Below, piece by piece: positions 1 to 11,525 of a stretch of DNA of 64,000 nt (position 1 is the stretch's first letter; the number at the start of each line of letters is the position of its first letter). Where the stretch lies: assembly GCA_000091205.1 (NCBI GenBank), contig AP006496.2. One strand, 5' to 3'. The notes under the pieces are model-generated. The model was not told the DNA's origin. It ran no database searches and was given only the letters and a program-made list of their open reading frames with translations. Source of the stretch: Cyanidioschyzon merolae. Lineage: Eukaryota. Made by a program: the position numbers and the translations under genes.

Positions 1-190
1 GCAACGCGAAGAGACGCGGCTTGTTCTGGCGATCGCAGTAGCGGACCTGATCCAGAGTGGCCTCGAAACGCCCTGGAGCCTATTCGCTAGCATTACTGCA
101 CTTGCGTGGGCATCGTTTTGTTGTTGGTATGCTCCGGAGCGCGAGGCGAATAAGGGCAAGAGGCGACTTGCCGCTAGACTGCTTCAGCGG

Positions 191-3100
191 ATGCTCTGCT
201 TGTTGGCGAATGACCAGGTTCACGGACGTGTCAACGGATGGGTACCGGTTGCGTCTGCTGAAGCAGCGCACTCGACTGCACCATCCGGCATCGGGGCATT
301 TGTAGAGAACGCGAGCACGACAATTACGTCCAGGATGGAAGAGCCTGGCGTCATGGTCGTGGACGACGTCGAGGCAAGCGCGGAATCCGCTTCGTTGAGA
401 GCGGTAACTGGCCAGCGGGTCGAGCACTCGGACGCTTTCGAAGAATCTTCCATTCCAGGGCAAGTTGAGTGGACCCAGATGCTACCGCCAACATGGTTTG
501 CGGACCTGTTGCGGCTCTTGAACAACGCCTTGGCGAGGCTGAGTCTCGGCGAGGAGACGCAGTCGGCTCCGTCGCTGTTCGCACCGTTGCAGGTATTGCT
601 CGAAACGGAGTGCTACGTACAAAAGCTTGTCCGAGGATATCCAGTAGAAACAGCGATGCTTTGGCAATACTTGGTGAACTGTTTGCTTCAGGTTAGGCAG
701 CAGAATTTGCAGTGCCTTTTGCTGCGCTTGATGGATGCACTGCTGCAGCGTACAGCGCGAGGCCAGTGGCCACCAGTGCTCGTGCAGGCCCTCGTGCGCT
801 GCCTTCTCGTGTCATCGCCTCGGGCTTGGAAAGCTGATGCGAAGCTTCGAGTTGCAAAGCGTCGACCCGAACCGGAAGGCCCGGTCCAGCAAGCTGCACT
901 CCAGTTGTTGTTGCAGCTTGCGGAGCGCCTGGGAAACGAGCTGGCAATCGACGAGTCGTGTGTTATCGACCAGTGCATGGACGTAAGCGCAAGCGCGTCT
1001 CTTCTGCCAAGCTACGCTCAAGAGCAGCATGCAGCAGTGCCTGCAGAGACGCGGAAAGCGATGCATGCTCAGTCGCTTGCCGGGACGTCCTCGGAGTCCA
1101 GCCCGACGCAAGGCGTTCCAATGGATACCGCAGCGACTGCTCGCGTTACCGGCAGAGGCGCTTTAGCGGAACCCGCAGAAGCTGGGCTCGTCTTTCGGCA
1201 AGGCACTGCCGTACAAGTCCCAGGAGAGGCCGTCCCATGCACATTGCAGCAGGCAGCACTGGTACTCCTGGAGGCACTGCTGATGCTCATGGCACGCAAA
1301 CGTATCCAAGAGGCAACGCGGTGGACGCTGCTGGACAGTTTCCACAGCGTCTGTGTGCGTCTGCAGCATCGGCTGCTTCCCGAACAATGGGAAAGGCTCC
1401 TGGTACTGCTCGTGCAACTCTTTGAGCGTGCAGAATTGTTCCCGCTGGCGAGTCGAATGCGCTGGGAACTCGCTCGTCGTCTGGTGACACTCTGCGACCA
1501 TATTCCCGACCCGAGCTTGCGAGCACGCGTAGGCCCTGTAGCGAGCCTGTTGGAGCGCTTGAATCGCATATCGCCCACAAGCATCGGACAGATAGACTGG
1601 GACAGTGTTCTGGGTGCGTACGCAGAGCGCTTTGATGAGCACCATGACGCCGACTGGCGTCTCCTGGTGCCACACCTCATGGCAGGCATGCAGTTCACAG
1701 ATGCAGCTATTCGTAGCGCTGCAAGCGAGGCACTGATCAAACTGGTTGGTAGCGCTGTATCAACACCAAGGACATGTAGCGGGACAGAGAGCACCAGCGT
1801 CGCCGCTCCTGCAACACGAATAGCGTCAGCGACACCTGGAGAGGCACAAGCCCCGACAAAAGCTACCCGGCAAGTGCCCTGTGCAAGCGAGGCATCCCGG
1901 GTTGTCTTGGCGTCAGGTGTCGCGACGTCGCCGAGAGCGCTGGTGTCGCCCGTTGCAAGTCGCTTGCGGAAACGAGCGCTCACGACGCAATCTATCAGGC
2001 AGCTGGACACCATACTGAAGACCTACGGCCAACTGGTCCGTCTCGCTACACCGGGACTCGACCCGGTGTGGCTCGATGGCCTGCGTCCGCTCACCGAAGC
2101 CGTCGACGAGTCCGAAGACGTGTTCCAGTGCCTGGTTCACCAGCAACTGGCTACGCGTATCCGCGCATGCAGACTCCTCGATCAAGTCCTGGCAACGGGC
2201 AGTATTCCGGTGCTTGTGCGGAAAGCATTCCTGGTACCACTCGTTGAAAAATTGATCGGATTAGCGAGTACGTCAAGTCGTGTGCATTCCGAAATAGAGC
2301 AACTACAGACGAGCTGGTTGGCGAGCGCTCAGGCGCTATTGGCGGAGCGCCTCCTGGCATCGCTGCCGTCAAGCTGGTGTTGGCAACGCTTTGCGCTGCA
2401 TCTTCATCGTTTCGAACGACTAGCATCCAGCCAGAGGAGCGCAAGCACTCGTGAAGATGCCCATTCAGACGCGCGTATGTCCGCGAATGCACGACGACTC
2501 GGGCAAGCGCAGGTATTGGTGGTCTATGCCCGAGCGCTCGCTGCGCTGCCGAGTATACCGCAGGAGGTATCGGAAGCGCAGCAAATAGATCAAGCACCGG
2601 ATACACAACACGCACCGATTATGGTGCAAAACGAGCATCGAACAGTGTCACCAGAGACACAAAAATCGGGGAATGCTCCCGAGCAGCTGCTCGAGCGACT
2701 GGATGCACTCCTGGTGGCGACAAGTCTCCGTGACACCGCAGCAGTCGAGGCAGACTGCCCAGCGAGTGATCGGCACCTGGAACGAATCGTTTGGGAAATC
2801 GTGCTGCGCCTTCTCCAAGCGCTTCCGAGGCAGCAGCAGCAGCAGCGTGCAGTCTGGGTACCGCGTCTCGTTACCCGCTGGATACGTACGCTCGGTTTAC
2901 GCAACCAGCAACGGCGAGACGACGCACGCGAAGCGCTTCAGTTGTTGCTGCGGATTCTGGGACCTGAATGGCTCTGGTGCATCGCTCGCCAGTTAACGGA
3001 GACGGTGCAGGTATCCGCATCGAGAAAAGCGCTGCAGCATTCGGAAGGCACTTGGCGACTTCACGTCTGGGCGTACACGTTGCACATGTTGCTGCAGACA

Positions 3101-3400
3101 ACGCTGGAGTGTGATGCGTACCCCACTTGGCATCTGGATCTGGATACGCTCCAACGTGTACTCGGACTAGTGTTGCTGGTGGAGTTTCGGGATCCCGTTC
3201 TCGAAGCAGAGAAGCGCGTATCCAAGCTCTATGCGGATATCCGCGAGGTTCATGTACACAGCGCGGAGCGTTGTCTCACGCTGCTGGGTCGAGTATGGCC
3301 GATGGATCGGCTAGCGAACATGGTGCTTGCGTTGGAGCTCTTTGTGCGGGCGTTTCGTGAACGACTCGCGTTTGATACCAGTGGGTCGACGACGACGACG

Positions 3401-3466
<66 letters not shown>

Positions 3467-3692
3467 GGCGTGCCCAGCAGTGCCGAGCGGTATCGTGCTG
3501 CCTCTATAGCGGAACGCGAGCAATGGCGCCGTCTCCTGCACGCTTTTGTGGACGGCATCCATCGACAGGAACTGCATGCAGTTGCACCTGAGGATGCCGA
3601 GACAGCAGTCGCATCCCAAGCACTTGTTCTGCGATATTTGCTGACGAAGCCGTCCCCTCGGATGCGTACGGATCCGGGAGCTGATACTGTTA

Positions 3693-3738
<46 letters not shown>

Positions 3739-6706
3739 AGAAAAGACGCCTCGAATGACGACTGGGTCTGGCACCTCTGAAACGATCGGCTTTAGGGATA
3801 CCATGCGGGAAAGCGCGCACTTGTCTGTGAGGAATCGAACGAGTGCTGGACGTACGCAAGTCGCGGCGAGCAAGGACGCACAGTCACCATCTGGAGAGCG
3901 TCACATACAAAAAACGCCTTTATCGATCGATCAAGCGAGATCCAAACACCAGTACGTAAGAGAGAACGTTCCACCTGAGCACCGGAGCCGACAGGCGCTG
4001 CAAGGAGAACGGAAAGCGCGCCTAACCGCTGATCACCACAGAGACAAGAACGCAACAACGGAGAGCAGCGCTCGAGCGGATGCGCTGGGCCTTGGAATAC
4101 TCGACGCCGGGCAACTAGCCATTGTAGAACAAGTGCAGCAGCTGAGCCCCGAACTTGAGACATTTCGCCAAACGAGACGCTCCGAGGCCGCTATTCTCGT
4201 CGAAGTTGCGCTGTACTGGGCCTGGCATTGGCGACTGCTGCGGGAACAGCGTCCGTCGTGTGGCGCGACAACCAGACGCTCTAGCTCGCCTCGTGTGGAT
4301 GTCACTCGTAGGCAGCGGACTGCATCGGAAGAGGCGCACGAGGCGGTGGAGCTAGACGGAACGGCACCGGGGAACGCCAGCCTATCCGTCGAGGCCTCCG
4401 AGGCATCCTTACCGGGGCGCTCACCAGAAGAGGTTGCATGGCAACGTGCCCGACTTGTTGTGTGGCGCCTGCTGGTGGAGCCTCTGGTGCTCGAGACGCT
4501 TCGAGCACGTCACGATGAACTGGTGATTCGTTCCCTGCAGTTGCTGGAACGTTTGTGGCGCGCTCCGCATCTGGTCCAAGACAAGAGCATTCGCGTACAC
4601 CTCAAGAGGCTTGCGCCGACTCTCGAGGAACTCTTGGAGCGGCAGATCGTCTCGAGTAGTGCAGAGCAAGCGGGTGCGGCGCTCCCATGCTCGAACTCGG
4701 TTTGGCGTTCGCATGCATTGCCGGCTTCTGGTACTGCCTCGAACCGCGACCTCTTTACGACGTTGTTGCGCGTCATGGCAACACTCGTGACGCTTCCCGC
4801 TCCGCTACCCACGATCATGGGCGTGCGGAAACGCTCGCAACAGTTGCTCACCAAGGCGGCTGCCAGTGCGCTCACCCTGGACAGTTCTCCGAGTCGTCTG
4901 TCGGCGGGGATGACGGTGTTTCGATTGGCGTTACGTGCTGCTCCCGAAACGAATGCCGCATCGACTGCGGTGGACTGGTGCACCCGGTCAACGCTGTGGC
5001 CCCTGGTCGAGCGTCTGAGCCAACTGTTGATCCAGCGCTCCGATGCAACGCTGCGAGATCAGTGCATCTCGCTTCTGGTGCGTTACTGCTGGAATCGTCG
5101 AACCAGCGAGACAGAAAGGCAGCGTCTCTTGGACCTGATGGTGCAGCATCTAGACTATACGTACGAGGACGGTCGCGTCGCCTGCTTGCTCTTCTTGCAG
5201 CGGCTTGTAGAATCCGCACGAACTAGCAGTAACGGCAGCAGCAGCGCTGATGATCACGCTCGCCTAGAGTCGACTGCGTCGAACGTTGCACTCGGTGAGT
5301 ACCTGCTCGCGCCGCTGGCGGTGCGTTTGGTGAATGAGCACGGAAGCGAAGCATACCAGGTGCTGAGGGCATGTGTACGGGCGCTCTTCGAGCCATTGCC
5401 GTCCAGTTCGACAGGCACGGGTGTTGAACGACCTGTCGCTTTGACACCGGGAGCGCGTTCGCTCCAGCAACTGGTAGCACGCTGGCTGGAACCGGGACAC
5501 GAGCCCGGTGTGCGACTAGCTGCCGCCCTGGTGTTCACATTGGTTCCGGCTGGTTCGCCTCGGGAGCTGGTGACGCTCCTGTTTGAAGCCATGGAGCCCT
5601 TCATCCGGGGGAATGCGTCCGCAGAGCGCGACGACTCGACCCCGGCGACAGCGCGGGCGATGCGGCACAAGGAACCAGCACACGAGGCGCTTCCACTGAG
5701 CGCTTCGTACTCTGAGTACGAGGAGCAGGGCGAAACGCTTGCCAACAACGCGGCTGCCGACGTACACCGGGGCATCTCGCGTTGGTGCCTAGCCTATGCC
5801 GCGAGTCGTGCTCTGGAGCAGACGCTGCAGCCGGAACACGTGCAGTGCTCGCCCTGGACGAAGGCGGACGCAACCAGACTCGTGGATGCGTTGGCGTTTG
5901 GGCTTCCCCAAACCGATCGGGTCAGTTTGTTGCTGCATCCGCATCCATGGGTGCGGGCCTCGCTTACCCGCCTAATGGAACTCATGTGGCAACGCGAACA
6001 GCATCCGCAAGAGCGAGCGTCTGCTCCCGAATGGAGTCCAGCACATGTGAGTGCTATTGCCGCGGCGCTCTGTCGACAGCTGAGCGCCTTCCAGGGACGC
6101 AATACCGAAGCAACTGCGGTCATAGAGCGACTCCTGATCGCGATGGCACTTGTGCTGGGCCAGGAGGCGGGTTCCAGTTGGCGCTGGCTATTGCGGCGCT
6201 TGTCGGGACTTGCTTCTCGGGCTCGAGAGCAGACCAGCACACGTCGAGTGGCGCTTCGCGTTCTCGAGCAGCTGCTCCGGAAACACACCGGTGCTGCGAG
6301 CACGACGGAATCACGGGCTGCACAGTCTACTGAGCATCAGCGTGAGTCTCGCGAAAAGCCAGGTCAATTAGCATGGTCTCGGGCGATAGAGCCGTTCCTC
6401 GCTGCCTGGATATTTCCCGTGTATCGCCTGGATCGGCTGCGGGCAAACGCGGAAAACGCTCATTTGGATGCTGAACTAGAGGCCTCAGCCGAGCGCATTC
6501 GTTCTGAACTTGAGCAACCGGATCGACTCGGTGCGGTGCGCTTCTGGGAGGTCTACCACCGTGTGACTGCTCGCGATCGCCAAGAGCGAGCTGCACGCCT
6601 CGCGGAACGAAAGCGCTTGGCGCTTGTCGATAGCGTGGAAGCTGCGCAAAGGAAACGTCGACGGCATGGTGCTTCGCGAACAGCGCGGACTTTGGAGAAG
6701 GTATAG
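191..6706 (+). CDS. Large (2171 aa) helical-repeat (HEAT/ARM-like) protein, tentatively a UTP20/DRIM-type small-subunit processome component
   Basis: Uninterrupted 6.5-kb ORF from ATG 191. Leu/Ala-rich helical repeats run throughout. The basic C-terminal tail (FWEVYHRVTARDRQERAARLAERKRLALVDSVEAAQRKRRRH) and the size class resemble UTP20 as I recall it. The family call is recall-based and was not searched. A downstream Met (MEEPGVMVVDD) could be the real start. Confidence 0.6.
3389..3466 (+). repeat. Imperfect (ACG/ACA)n coding microsatellite encoding a ~26-residue poly-Thr tract
   Basis: Direct reading shows acgacgacgacgacaacgacaacgaca..., in frame with the 191..6706 ORF. The translation shows an uninterrupted run of T. 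Confidence 0.9.
3688..3738 (+). repeat. (ACT)n(GCT)n coding microsatellite (poly-Thr then poly-Ala)
   Basis: Sequence reads tactactactactactactgctgctgctgctgctgctgctgctgctgca, in frame with the large ORF ([16 protein letters not shown]). Confidence 0.9.
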
Positions 6707-7366
6707 AAGAAATCGAATGCCCAGTCGGATGGCGTGCAGTACTTCTGGTACGGTTGAGGGGATACCGGGCTTCCGTGCTTGGCGGAACAGGGCGCGTCGC
6801 TGCCTCTAGACACAGGCATCGGCGCTGGGGATAAAGGTCAGACCGGATAGGGTTTGTTTTCGTTTTTGAAGAGAGCGCGCTGCATCCGAGCGTCTAGGAA
6901 ACGCCCTCGTGTGACGCAGCATGCTACTCGACAGCAGCGAACTGACGCCGCTGGCAAAGTCCGCTGGTGAGCTCCACTTGCCTTGGCTGGACGCTGATCG
7001 CTCTACCAAAGGGCATGATGTCGCTGTATGTGGATAGCATGTTGGGCGCTCGGCAGTTTCTTGACTAGCGAGAACGAGATATTCAGCTCGGACATGAAGC
7101 AAGTGCGCACTTTGTGTGAATGCTTTATACCAGAGGAAACTTGCTCGTTGAAAGCTAGAAAGTTGGACGCGGACACGCCGCTGAACACCAGTTGAGCACG
7201 ACTCTGGTTTGAACGTGTTCGCTACAAAGCGCACAGGTGCTCGCGCGTCTGGCTGAGAGGCATTTTGCCGTGACGCTGTAGTTGGTCTAGTCATCCGGTG
7301 CTGCACCGTTCATTGTGACGCGCCCATGACCCTACACACACGGACATGTATATATGTGTATCCGGT

Positions 7367-8461
7367 TCATGCTGCCGAGGTATCCGACGGGTCCAGGGTC
7401 CACGAGGTGCCTCCGGATACCACCGCCTGTTCCCGCGTTCGCGTACTTTGCACCGAGTCATTGCCATCGGGCAAAGAATCTGGTGACGTGCTTCGTTCAC
7501 AATTGACCTGTGAACCTGTCGCATTCAAGCACGCGACCTCTGCCCGAGACGCAGCTGGCGAACGTTTGCGTTGGGGAAGCACCTCGTTCAGCGCCTGGGA
7601 CCACGACTGACCTGCAGCCACTCGAGCGAGTGCCTCGAACGCATGGCAAGTAGTGAGCACCGGAGAGCCTCGCCACGAAGGTAACAGCTCCAGCGGGAGA
7701 CGGCGAGCTGGCAATCCCAGTGTCTGCGCTCGCTCGAGCATCAGTCCTTTCAGGCGGTTGCGATCTACGATGCCGCCCAGGATGTAGAGCGTATTCGGTT
7801 CTACCTGCATGAGCGTCTGCGTTGCATCGGCTGTAAGAACCACTGCGTCGATAGCACCAGCGGTTTCAGCGAGATACGAGGCCAAGTCGCTGCTGGTCCA
7901 GGTGATGCTGGGCCAACGCAGTGCCTCTTCACCGAAGACCTGGCTCCGGATATCAAGCGCTCGCGTATCTAGTCCGCAAATCGTCACTTGGAAGGTACAT
8001 ATGTGTTCCTGTTTCCGCAACAGGGCTTCACGTACGAGTCGTCTGTTCACAACGTACATTTGACGAAGTTGGATGATGCTCTTGCGCAGTTCTTTGGAGG
8101 TGAGCAATGCGCTCGCTCCCAGATCAACGATGCAGTGAAAGCGTCGAGATATTTGCTGAGAATGTGTGCATTGGAGATAGTCTCGTATCAGGCGTTCGAG
8201 ACCTCTTGTTGAGGCATCTGTTACATGAGTTTCACCAGATTGTCGTTCGCCTGTTGTGTCGAGTCCCGCGAGCGTCTGTGAGGTCTCCAGTTGACGCCGC
8301 TGACGCCTCCGCTGCTTCGCTGCTGTTCGGCGCTCCGCTCGCCTCGCAAGGTACAGCTCGTGTCGAAGACGACGCTTTCTTGCTTTCTTTGACTCTGGTA
8401 TTGAGGCTGAAGGTGTCCGATCCGATTCGAGGTCCGGAACACGAGCCCCTGGAACTGACAT
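7367..8461 (-). CDS. TRM10: tRNA (guanine/adenine-9-N1)-methyltransferase, TRM10 family (SPOUT)
   Basis: 364-aa ORF with ATG at 8461. Basic N-terminus (KKARKRRLRHELYLARRAERR), then a core with VVLTADA...LYILGGIVDRNRLKG...GLPARRLPL...VLTTCHAFEAL. This matches the TRM10 signature (YIIGGlVD.n..KG, a.LPi) as recalled. Confidence 0.8.
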   Translation of the reverse strand: MSVPGARVPDLESDRTPSASIPESKKARKRRLRHELYLARRAERRTAAKQRRRQRRQLETSQTLAGLDTTGERQSGETHVTDASTRGLERLIRDYLQCTHSQQISRRFHCIVDLGASALLTSKELRKSIIQLRQMYVVNRRLVREALLRKQEHICTFQVTICGLDTRALDIRSQVFGEEALRWPSITWTSSDLASYLAETAGAIDAVVLTADATQTLMQVEPNTLYILGGIVDRNRLKGLMLERAQTLGLPARRLPLELLPSWRGSPVLTTCHAFEALARVAAGQSWSQALNEVLPQRKRSPAASRAEVACLNATGSQVNCERSTSPDSLPDGNDSVQSTRTREQAVVSGGTSWTLDPSDTSAA

Positions 8462-9793
8462 GCACCAGAGCGCGGCTGCAGCCTTGCCGGTTGCTACGCA
8501 GATCGCTCGCTACGCTCGAGTGTCCGAGTGGTACTGCGCGCTTCGGGTCAGGTAGCTGCTGGGTGCACCCAGATAACGCGCAAAACGGGATCGCTGCACG
8601 ACAAGCAAAACCGGTTGCTTCCCAGGAACGCTGAACGACTCGGCAAACGAGTCTGGCGTTGGAGGCAGAGCGCGTTGCTCCCGACGATATCGTCGTTCGG
8701 TTCGTGCTTCGTGCGCCTGGTTCGAGTTCAAAGCAACACGAGTACCCGATGATACAAGCAAAGAGACGGAAGGTTCAGTCTTTCATCAAACGCAGTTTAC
8801 CTACAGTCCTGATGATTGCGTGTTCGCTTACACCGAAACGTATCCTGAACCAGGGAAAATGTCTGCTGGCTGGAGTGCTCGACCTCGGGGCGGCCTCTAC
8901 CAGCATGCGTCACACGTTGCCGCCCGTGTATTCCTGCAACCTAAATAAGGACGATGACGTAGATGGTGATACTTGCGAACCACTCTTAAAAGGCAAGTGA
9001 ATCACAGAGGCTTCGTAGATACCAAGAGCAGTTCGGGCTCTTTCGAGGAAACCGCCGAACGCTACCTGTGCAACATTTTGTATGCTACCGGAAACACCGG
9101 GGCGACTCGCTTGTCAGCTATGCAGCCTTTCCGCAGGAAAACGGGTACCGTGGGCCAGCCCTTCGTAGCGTGCGCACCACTTGGACGATTATGGTGTTGA
9201 TTCCGAATGTCCGTGTCAGTCGGGTCGCTGTGGTTTCTCGAATGCTGCATCTTGCGTCTTGCACGTATCAGAAAACTATCCCAGGCGACTTGCCCCAAAC
9301 AACCATAGATTCGTCTTTACCGAGAAATATCCCCGGCATCGGCTGAGCCAGCGAGAGTTCTTGTGAAAGCAACGAGCACTGCTAATCGTCTTGAGCAACA
9401 TGAACCGGTGTTGCAGTTCCAGACAACATGGTTTGCCCGAACAGATGCTTCGCAAACAGGTTTCCTCTGAATTCGAGATTCTCCGTCTATGCACCATTGT
9501 AGCCGATGCTTGATTATAACCTTGCAGCTTCGTTGCATGCCATGCACTCTGCTCTCTGTGATTCGTGTTTATGTACGTACCTTGTCGGTGCTTGATTCTA
9601 AGCTTGCATCTCCGTCGCAAGCAAGTTCCTTTTGCATTCTACGATTCCTGTTTATGCACTATTGCAGCCGGTGCGCGGTGATGCGCTCTGCACCCTTGTC
9701 GGAATGCACTGGGGCAGGTTCCCGAACACTGGTGTACTCGTTGAAAATTGGGTCTCTTCCACTATCGATAACAGCAGCTGCTGCACGCTTTTT

Positions 9794-10580
9794 CTGTGAC
9801 TGCATCCTTTTCGACACCCTGATCCTCATTAGACCGGTCTCTGCTCACTCTCGCAGTCCTTTGACAAAAGTCGCCGGACGTTGTTGGCAGTGTTTGCGTC
9901 CCGATTTCAATGTGTTCGGCTATTGTCGACATAATCCACATACAGGCGAACGTTGCAAGCTACGCCTCGCTTGTCATTTTCATCTTCGATGCGTAGAGCA
10001 TCGGTGCACAGGGCGCAGCGATGATTCCTAACGACGATCAACTGCTCCCGTTCACCCATCACAAATTCCTCTTCCCGTTCCATGTCTTCTGGAGCATGAA
10101 CGCTTGTTTCTTCGCTCGGCGCATGCCGCTGACGCCTACGCAGGGTGCACCTCCGACGCCCATACCTTCGTTTCCGCGCCCGGCGCCGTACCCTACGATT
10201 CCAGGCCTCGTCTGGGCAATCCCTCGGGCGGGGACGCTGTCCGCTAGATGCACAGGCGCACGCTTCTCCACTCGATACGTAATTCGTGGAACGGGGTGTT
10301 GTCTGTGGAGAAACACGTGCCACAAGGCGAATCGACGCCGGGGAACAAGGCGCGGAATTGCGATCTGTCTACGCTCGCCTCGTGCAAGGCGCAGTCGCAC
10401 GCTGAAACGGAAGCGATCACTGTGATGACTCAACTGCGAATCAATGATCAGTCTGATGAAGTTGCTGTGGAATTCTGCTTTGCGAGATGCGTTGACTAGA
10501 AGGCGATTTGTCTTTTGAACGGAATCGATAATGTGCTGGGAAAATCCCAATCAACTTTCGGATTGAGCTTATGAACAGGC
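9794..10580. repeat. Dispersed repeat R, copy 1 (787 bp, near-identical to 15154..15940)
   Basis: Base-by-base comparison with copy 2 at a constant offset of 5360 bp finds 5 mismatches (9807, 9974, 10339, 10555, 10563) and no indels. The ORF-track translations are duplicated on both strands. The origin is unresolved and no family could be assigned. Confidence 0.95.
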
Positions 10581-10650
10581 CATCAAACGACGACGACGTG
10601 TTCTTTGACGCACCCGCCTGTCCAGTAGTGCGACTTGTTGCGCACACGAC

Positions 10651-10890
10651 TTGCCGTGATAGATTGAAACGTTGAAGCATGCGTGAATCGCGCACGCTAC
10701 TCCTAAAGCAAGCAGCAGACTGGAACCTTGTTCTGTGAACAAAACAATACTATCGCTTATATTCCGAAATAGAGGTCGAGGGCATCGCGAATCACCTTGA
10801 TTCCGGTGAAATAACGAGTTCGAGGAGCAGCGCTTCGAAGGTGCCTTCGCGAAAAGACGTCCGGGATTCCTAACATCTCACGTGCGCTCC
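10651..10890 (+). repeat. Diverged element E, copy 1 (possible decayed copia-type protease region)
   Basis: Aligns by eye with 16018..16245 and 29475..29705. Shared blocks include a(t/c)aat(g/a)(a/c)tatcg, ttgatt(t/c)cggt and (g/a)a(a/t)tcctaa. The plus frame reads GIANHLDSGEITSSR (compare LDSGASxH). Confidence 0.6.
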
Positions 10891-11525
10891 CATAAGCCTT
10901 CTGCTGCTCCACGTTCACATTTCGTCAATACATCTAAAATCAATTCAGAACAAAGTCTCAGTGCTCGAATCGATTGAGCATTTCCGCGTTACGCTTTCCC
11001 CAAGCGCCACTGCAGGCCAACGAGCGCTGCTGTGCCGTACGAGCCCGCAGCGTCGACAGCGGCGACGGTGTCGGGGCGCCCGACAACGCTGGCACTCGCC
11101 CCTTGCATCGGTATGCAAAGCGTACCTCAAGCAACGTCTACTTCGCATAGGTGCACTGCACTTGGGTTTTTGTAGCTTGCTGGATCTAGTTATTCCAGAG
11201 TAGCGCAGCGTGCGGCTGTTTGAGCGCGTTCCAGGCTTGGCAGCGTTCCGCGAAGCCCGAAGCAGAACGTCGCTAGTGGACGACGCGGCTGCGGCAGAGG
11301 CAGGTGCAGGCGCCCGGCGGAAAGCACACCAGTGTAGCAGCTATTGTGTGCGCTTACCCAGGTGAGTGCTGGTTGAGGTTTTAGGTTTGAGTGCGTCGGC
11401 TAGGTGCTCAGAGCATAACCTCTGAGACGCGAACGCGTAAGCGCCAGCTGCACGTGGAAACAGGGGACGTCTGCGGACAGCAGCCTGTGGCATTGCTTCC
11501 GTAGCCTAGGCCGGAGCCACATAGT

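Noticed and set aside
1069-2013. 314-aa minus-strand ORF; similar cases at 46720..47547 (275 aa) and 53981..54847 (288 aa)
   Set aside because: Each is antisense to a long, motif-supported gene (the 2171-aa protein, RSH and PFK-2/FBPase-2) and carries no recognisable signature.
10059-10550. Minus-strand ORF of repeat R reading RLIIDSQLSHH and ALWHVFLHRQH (resembling copia protease DSGASHH and integrase LWHRRLGH)
   Set aside because: The two motifs are only ~38 residues apart, against ~100 expected. A downstream C..C lies ~100 residues away, against ~40 expected. The orientation also conflicts with the plus-strand protease-like frame of the adjacent E elements. I treated it as probable chance similarity and left the origin of R unassigned.
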